Shown piece by piece: positions 6,110-6,802 of a stretch of 6,802 nt of DNA (position 1 is the first letter of the stretch; each line of letters starts with the position of its first letter). The stretch lies in IMG/VR virus record IMGVR_UViG_2563366874_000009; one strand, given 5' to 3'. Source of the stretch: a virus (Duplodnaviria > Heunggongvirae > Uroviricota > Caudoviricetes). The notes under the pieces are model-generated. The model saw only the letters and a list, made by a program, of their open reading frames with translations. It had not been told where the DNA came from and searched no databases. The position numbers were made by a program, and so were the translations under genes.

Positions 6110-6697
6110 ATGGAGGCAATTGCATTGTTTAATCTGATTTATGCAGATCCCCCCTGGGAATACAAAGATAAGTGTAAGGATGGGAATCGTGGAGCTGGTT
6201 TTAAGTATCCAACGATGAAAGCTGAGGATATTGCTCGTATTCCTGTCTGGCAGCTTGCTAATCCTGAATCGTGTTTGTTGGCCATGTGGTGGGTTCCGAC
6301 TCAGCCAGAAGAAGCGTTGCTGGTGGTGAAAGCATGGGGATTCAGGCTTATGACCATGAAGGGCTTCACATGGAACAAATGTGGTAGCCGACAACCAGAT
6401 AAGCTGGTGATGGGGATGGGGCATATGACTCGTGCAAACAGTGAAGATTGCTTGTTTGCGGTAAAAGGCAAATTGCCGACCCGCCTTGATGCGGGGATCA
6501 TTCAGTCGTTTACATCGCCTCGTCTGGAGCATTCTCGGAAGCCTGATGTGGTTCGTGACAAGCTGGTAAGGCTGTTAGGTGATGTTCCTCGTATTGAGCT
6601 GTTTGCTCGCGGTGATTTACCTGATGGTTGGCATGGCTGGGGCAACCAGTGCAATGGAGGTATCCAGTTGCATGATGCTCTCTGGCAAGTGGCATAG
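6110..6697 (+). CDS. DNA N6-adenine methyltransferase, MT-A70-like family (orphan, no cognate nuclease seen)
   Basis: Catalytic DPPW motif (LIYADPPWEY) near the N-terminus followed by MT-A70-like conserved blocks; GGAGG SD about 9-10 nt upstream; stop TAG 6695..6697 abuts motif A. Confidence 0.75.
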   Translation: MEAIALFNLIYADPPWEYKDKCKDGNRGAGFKYPTMKAEDIARIPVWQLANPESCLLAMWWVPTQPEEALLVVKAWGFRLMTMKGFTWNKCGSRQPDKLVMGMGHMTRANSEDCLFAVKGKLPTRLDAGIIQSFTSPRLEHSRKPDVVRDKLVRLLGDVPRIELFARGDLPDGWHGWGNQCNGGIQLHDALWQVA

Positions 6698-6730
6698 AAT
6701 TATATAATTATAGATTTATATAAAAAGTGC
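6694..6730. repeat. AT-rich junction motif, copy A (ATAGAATTATATA-ATTATAGA-TTTATATAAA); also present at 1..30 through the terminal repeat
   Basis: Begins within the methyltransferase stop codon; shares 13-mer and 10-mer with copy B. Confidence 0.7.
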
Positions 6731-6802
6731 TTTACAGGTGGGAAAAAATTTCCTATGGTTATACCCGAAACCGAGCGATACCCGCCCTGGTTAAACCGGA
6801 GA
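6701..6802. repeat. Terminal direct repeat, copy 2 (identical to 1..102)
   Basis: Exact identity with 1..102 by direct reading. Confidence 0.9.

Noticed and set aside
184-6695. All minus-strand ORFs in the track (184..480, 618..1016, 1433..1729, 1507..1812, 1710..1901, 2004..2258, 2403..2630, 2640..2957, 3607..3789, 4834..5181, 4991..5347, 5178..5459, 5901..6104, 6071..6532, 6301..6501, 6510..6695)
   Set aside because: Each lies antisense within a + strand gene that has better start signals, coupling or recognisable motifs; their products look compositionally odd (Cys/Arg/Ser-rich, low complexity). Best read as shadow ORFs.
1-6802. CRISPR array or integron attC interpretation of the AT-rich repeats
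   Set aside because: Only three copies, kilobases apart, not regularly spaced, with no short unique spacers and no cas or intI gene.
1-6802. Complete phage, plasmid or classical satellite (P4/PICI-like)
   Set aside because: No integrase, replication initiator/primase, terminase, capsid or tail gene is recognisable; only accessory, lysis, tRNA and methyltransferase functions are present.

Overview
The window is a 6.7 kb unit whose first 102 bases are identical to its last 102 (1..102 = 6701..6802), so it is either a circular sequence or one unit of a tandem repeat. All supportable genes are on the + strand and resemble enterobacterial temperate-phage accessory and lysis genes. There are three blocks: (i) a DUF3560-like protein gene; (ii) a seven-gene translationally coupled operon of small proteins (winged-helix DNA-binding, ASCH-like, several unknowns), followed by a structured leader, a strong intrinsic terminator and a lysis cassette (holin, second membrane protein, GH108 endolysin, overlapped i-/o-spanins); (iii) a tRNA with CAU anticodon (tRNA-Ile2-like) and an MT-A70-like DNA adenine methyltransferase. 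Each block boundary carries a copy of an AT-rich ~23 bp near-palindromic motif placed directly after the stop codon of the preceding block; this repeated junction motif is the most unusual signal here. No integrase, replication initiator, terminase, structural gene or Q-type antiterminator is visible. All family assignments rest on motifs I recognise by eye, not on searches, and need HMM/BLAST confirmation.
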